NCBI GenBank assembly: GCA_051866495.1
Contig: JBJDXD010000026.1
Span: forward strand, 177 to 64,176
Reading direction: 5' to 3'
Length of the DNA stretch: 64,000 bases
Source: Phascolarctobacterium sp.
GTDB lineage: Bacteria > Bacillota > Negativicutes > Acidaminococcales > Acidaminococcaceae
A program made the translations under genes and the position numbers. Below, piece after piece: positions 60,492-64,000 of this stretch. Numbering within the stretch: the first letter of the stretch is position 1; the number at the start of each line of letters is the position of its first letter. The notes beneath the pieces are model-generated. The model saw only the letters and a list, made by a program, of their open reading frames with translations, did no database searches and was not told the origin of the DNA.

Positions 60492-62177
60492 TTAAAATTG
60501 ACCGCTCACAATGAAATGCAGCCTGGTCTTGCTAACCTCATCGGCTACAAAGGAGCGCTGCAGGGGCACGCCCAGAGTCAAGGATGCAGAGCAGTATTGG
60601 TTAATGGTGCTGCGAATGCCCAAGCCCAAGCTTGCCAAAATGCTGTGCTGGTCGTCACTTTGACCATTGCCATAGACATGACCATAATCAAAGAAGGTGA
60701 AGGCGTTGGTGTTTCTATTAATCACAGGTATTGAATATTCAGCACTGAAGGTGAAGCCGCTGTCGCCACCCAGGAAGTTTTCCTTGTAGCCACGGACGCT
60801 ATACATGCCGCCCATGTAGAATTGACGGGAGCTAACCATGCCCTCGCTGCCGCTCCATTGAGCGTCAGCACGCAAATTAATCATTTGCCCACCAGCATAA
60901 AGCTTTTGGTACAGGCCATTGAATTTATAGAAGCCAAAGTTTTGGCTATCCTCCAGCATGCTGCTAGGAGTGCGCTCGCTGTAGCCACGCACATAGCTGT
61001 GCTTTTGGTAAAGCACATGGCTGGCACCATAATTGGTCATGGCAAAGCCAAGCGTAAAGTCCTGCACGGAATCATCCACGATGTTGAAGCGATTTCCCAA
61101 AACCATAAAGTCCGTCTTGGAATTTTGGCGATTGTAATCAAGGCTCAGCTCAGTACGAGTGGTTTCGTTCACTACAAGGGGCTGGGTAAAGCCAATGGCA
61201 TAGGAATTAGCATGGCCCTTGATCATATCCTTGTAATCGCCCTTGGTAACCTTAACGGCGTTGGTGCTGTAGAGCAAATTCATCTTGGTGCCACTGCGGC
61301 CAAGGCTGCGGGTATACATGGCATTGGCTGCACGAGTACCCTCGCTGAACACAGTGCCCACGCTAAAGGGGTCGCAAGTGCCGGACAGGCTTTTGGTATT
61401 AAAGAAAAGGCCTGTGCGGTATTCACCACTGGTATCGCTGCCAGCGTTATCTTCAAAAATGGTCCAGGTGTCACGCTTGGGCTCATAGGCAGTGATTTCG
61501 TAATCGGTGGTGCCGGGCTTTTGTCCGGCCTTCATCACAATGCGCAGCTGGGTGGAATTGGTTGCATTAAAGAGCAGCAAATCCTTATTCACCTGCTTAA
61601 TATTAGCAATTTCATTTTCTTTCAAATGTAGCCTTTTGGTAATGAAGGAAGTTTTGGTATAGTTATTGCCGCTAACAGTGGTATTGCCCGTGCGGCCCTC
61701 CACCAAAAGCAGCTTTACCTTGCCATCGGTGATGGTTTGGGGAGGCAAAAAGGCGCGACAGGTTACATAACCCTTAGATGCGTACAGGACATTGATTTTC
61801 TCCACAATGGCATAAATATCATTGAGCTGCACCATCTTGCCCTCATAGGGCTGGGTGATTGCAGCAAGCTCTGCCTCAGTTAATACGGCAGAAGAATCCA
61901 TAACAATTTTCTTCAGCTCGAAGGTAATAGCCTCGCCCTGCTGGGAAGCTGCCTTATCAGCGCCCTCCACTTTATTTTTGCTAGCAGCTCTATCCTCTGC
62001 AATTTGGCGTTTAACTCGTTCACGCTCCATATAATTGCGCATGCGGTTCATTTGGATACCAGCATCACCCTTGACTTGGTCAGGAACGGCATCAATAGGA
62101 GCTGCCAAGGCAGCACTTGCGGAGGTCATACAAGCTAGCACGGCTAGAGCTGCAAGGTATTTTTTTTGCATATTCAT
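60492..62177 (-). CDS. ShlB/FhaC/HecB-family TpsB outer-membrane transporter
   Basis: Signal peptide (ALA|A), POTRA segments (YASKGYVTCRAFLPPQTI), VRGYKE lid-lock motif, C-terminal LHFIVSGQF. Confidence 0.93.
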   Translation of the reverse strand: MNMQKKYLAALAVLACMTSASAALAAPIDAVPDQVKGDAGIQMNRMRNYMERERVKRQIAEDRAASKNKVEGADKAASQQGEAITFELKKIVMDSSAVLTEAELAAITQPYEGKMVQLNDIYAIVEKINVLYASKGYVTCRAFLPPQTITDGKVKLLLVEGRTGNTTVSGNNYTKTSFITKRLHLKENEIANIKQVNKDLLLFNATNSTQLRIVMKAGQKPGTTDYEITAYEPKRDTWTIFEDNAGSDTSGEYRTGLFFNTKSLSGTCDPFSVGTVFSEGTRAANAMYTRSLGRSGTKMNLLYSTNAVKVTKGDYKDMIKGHANSYAIGFTQPLVVNETTRTELSLDYNRQNSKTDFMVLGNRFNIVDDSVQDFTLGFAMTNYGASHVLYQKHSYVRGYSERTPSSMLEDSQNFGFYKFNGLYQKLYAGGQMINLRADAQWSGSEGMVSSRQFYMGGMYSVRGYKENFLGGDSGFTFSAEYSIPVINRNTNAFTFFDYGHVYGNGQSDDQHSILASLGLGIRSTINQYCSASLTLGVPLQRSFVADEVSKTRLHFIVSGQF

Positions 62178-62377
62178 AAGGCACCTCTGATGTTAAAATT
62201 TCTTTGTATTATAACTCTTCACATAACTATATAATAGTCCACATATAATTATATAACCTTCTTCGTCAATTTACAATCAGTTTTCTTCAAAAATATCCAT
62301 TGAATATTTACTTTCTACAATTAAACTATGGCTTACTCCATCATATTCAATACTGGTATATTTTACCAAAGCAATTT

Positions 62378-62605
62378 TCATAAAAGTATCACACAAAACA
62401 TAAAGCCAGCGATTTCTCGCTGGCTTTATGCCTTGTGGGGTGCACAATATTCTATTAAACACACCTGACAGAAGAAGGGTGTGCCAATAGCCCTTTGCCA
62501 GCCTGGGCTGGCAAGCTTGGCTAGCAAGCCGGGTTCGGATTAAAAGCTTTGCTAACCACGCTGTTAAGTTTAACACCTTAAGTATCATAAAAGTGTCACA
62601 CAAAA
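62378..62605. repeat. 21-bp direct repeat pair upstream of tpsB
   Basis: TCATAAAAGTATCACACAAAA (62378-62398) and TCATAAAAGTGTCACACAAAA (62585-62605). Confidence 0.75.
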
Positions 62606-62648
62606 AACAGGAAAACCGCTTGTGATTCTCCTGCCATACAAAGTATAT

Positions 62649-63449
62649 TTATGCATTTCTGTGCAGCTTTTGCTGCTCCGCAAAAATCCTTGCATTGGTG
62701 AACTCAGCCCAGCTATATTGGGACATATACTCCCCATGATAGCGATTGATGGCGCGCACATCACCCTCATTCCACGCAAAATAATCACAGGCAACCGTTT
62801 CGTGCACAATGCGCAGCTTGTTCCAGCCCGTTTCCACCACTTGCTCGCAGCCCTTCTCCCGCAATGTATCCAGCAAATCCTTTTTCAGATTGCCCAGATA
62901 GCTGGACCGACGCTCGTCCTCCCACAGTACGCCCATAATCTCGCCATTACTGCAAAAGGCACCCTGTCTATCCACCAAATAGGCCAGCATTTCCTTAGTT
63001 TTTTCGTATTTAAATACCAAGGGCTTTTTATCCACATACACCTCAAAATTGCCAAAGGTGTAAATCTCCACCCGTTTGCCAAGGACAGGTGCCACAGGAT
63101 TGCGCAAATCGTCCAGCTCCGCTCGCACCTTTTTGGTAGTGATGGGCTTAATCAAATAGCCGCTGGCATGCATGGCAAAGGCCGCACCCATATAATCGCT
63201 ATAGCCCGTAGCAAAAATTATATTGACCTTGGGCTGAAGCAGCTTCATTTCTTTAGCTAAGGTCACCCCATTAACGCTACGCATTTGAATATCCAAAAAG
63301 ACGATATCACAGGGCTTCTGCTTGAAAAACTCCATAGCCTCGCCAGCTTTTTTAAAGCCGTACACCTCCGCTGTGGGCTCCGCCTCGCGGATTGATTTTA
63401 CAAGACCCTCTAATGCTATTTTTTCATCATCTAATGCAAGAATAATCAT
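62649..63449 (-). CDS. Response regulator (receiver + winged-helix/BTAD-like output)
   Basis: LALDDE, VFLDIQM, FATGY, YLIKP, then IYTFGNFEVYVD...EMLAYLVDRQG and EYMSQYSWAE. Confidence 0.88.
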   Translation of the reverse strand: MIILALDDEKIALEGLVKSIREAEPTAEVYGFKKAGEAMEFFKQKPCDIVFLDIQMRSVNGVTLAKEMKLLQPKVNIIFATGYSDYMGAAFAMHASGYLIKPITTKKVRAELDDLRNPVAPVLGKRVEIYTFGNFEVYVDKKPLVFKYEKTKEMLAYLVDRQGAFCSNGEIMGVLWEDERRSSYLGNLKKDLLDTLREKGCEQVVETGWNKLRIVHETVACDYFAWNEGDVRAINRYHGEYMSQYSWAEFTNARIFAEQQKLHRNA

Positions 63450-64000
63450 CTTTCCTTCTCCTTAGGCAAACTAATTATGGCCGTGGTGCCTACGCCTAGT
63501 GCACTGGTAATGGTCAGGCTGCCGCCAACCATGGCCTCAAGCCTTTGCTTGACGTTTTGCACTCCCAAATGACTACCACCATCATCCTTTAGCTTGTTCT
63601 TTGCAAAGCCCACGCCATCGTCCTGCACGATTATTTCAAAGCAATCCTCTTTTTCCCTAGTAGCCAATAACAGCGTGCCGCCCTCCTCCTTGGCGCACAG
63701 CCCATGCTTAACTGCATTTTCCACCAAGGGCTGCACCGATAAGGCGGGCACAAAAAAATTAGTTGCCCTAATATCATACACAATTTTTACATCATCAAAG
63801 CGTAGCTTTTCCAATTCCAAATAGGCCTGCACATTTTTTAGCTCCTGCTCAAACATAATGGGCGTGGTACGTTTTAAGGAGCCCAAAACATGCTGCAGAT
63901 ATTCCGAAAAATTACCAATAGCCTCCTGCGCCAGCTTGGCATCCATATCGCACAGGTGGTAAATGGAGTTTAAGGAATTATACAGAAAGTGAGGTTGAAT
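63446..64000 (-). CDS. LytS/YehU-type histidine kinase, C-terminal part (5' end outside the window)
   Basis: The frame is open from the window edge: IQPHFLYNSLNSI (H-box), QPLVENAVKHG, DDGVGF, HLGVQNVKQRL. It overlaps the response regulator start (ATGA). Confidence 0.92.
   Translation of the reverse strand: MQPHFLYNSLNSIYHLCDMDAKLAQEAIGNFSEYLQHVLGSLKRTTPIMFEQELKNVQAYLELEKLRFDDVKIVYDIRATNFFVPALSVQPLVENAVKHGLCAKEEGGTLLLATREKEDCFEIIVQDDGVGFAKNKLKDDGGSHLGVQNVKQRLEAMVGGSLTITSALGVGTTAIISLPKEKER

Noticed and set aside
62277-62603. 108-aa minus-strand ORF upstream of tpsB
   Set aside because: It has no RBS or recognisable domain, and it simply reads through the direct repeats and hairpins of a regulatory region.

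Overview
This is a chromosomal window from a low-GC-type Firmicute with an outer membrane. An Omp85/TpsB exporter sits among Bacillota-type genes with AAGGAGG ribosome-binding sites, so Negativicutes is the likely class (inference). Almost all genes lie on the minus strand. From left to right: (1) a phosphorelay (two hybrid histidine kinases, Hpt, receiver-HD-GYP); (2) an [FeFe]-hydrogenase fused in frame to rubredoxin and rubrerythrin, with an internal RBS and ATG at the junction; (3) small housekeeping genes; (4) a six-gene polyamine operon (speA-speE-CASDH-nspC-aguA-aguB) with a structured leader, a leader peptide running into a terminator, and two covarying ~100-nt intergenic hairpins; (5) a GGDEF gene, ilvN-ilvB, an XRE regulator, tRNA-Leu(TAG), galE, phosphomannomutase and DUF401; (6) a stand-alone Septu-like PtuAB pair; (7) a second GGDEF gene, a decayed thiS-thiF remnant and alr; (8) a ~28-kb two-partner secretion locus followed by a LytS-type two-component system. 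The secretion locus reads tpsB, a YbjN/CesT-like chaperone, an unannotated 367-aa protein with an ABBA prenyltransferase-like pattern, a 6837-aa LktA-like TpsA, rpn, and a 987-aa TpsA paralog. It is the best candidate for an undescribed system: a possible protein-modifying enzyme and a chaperone are wired into a two-partner secretion operon. All family calls come from motif recognition by eye; no database searches were run.
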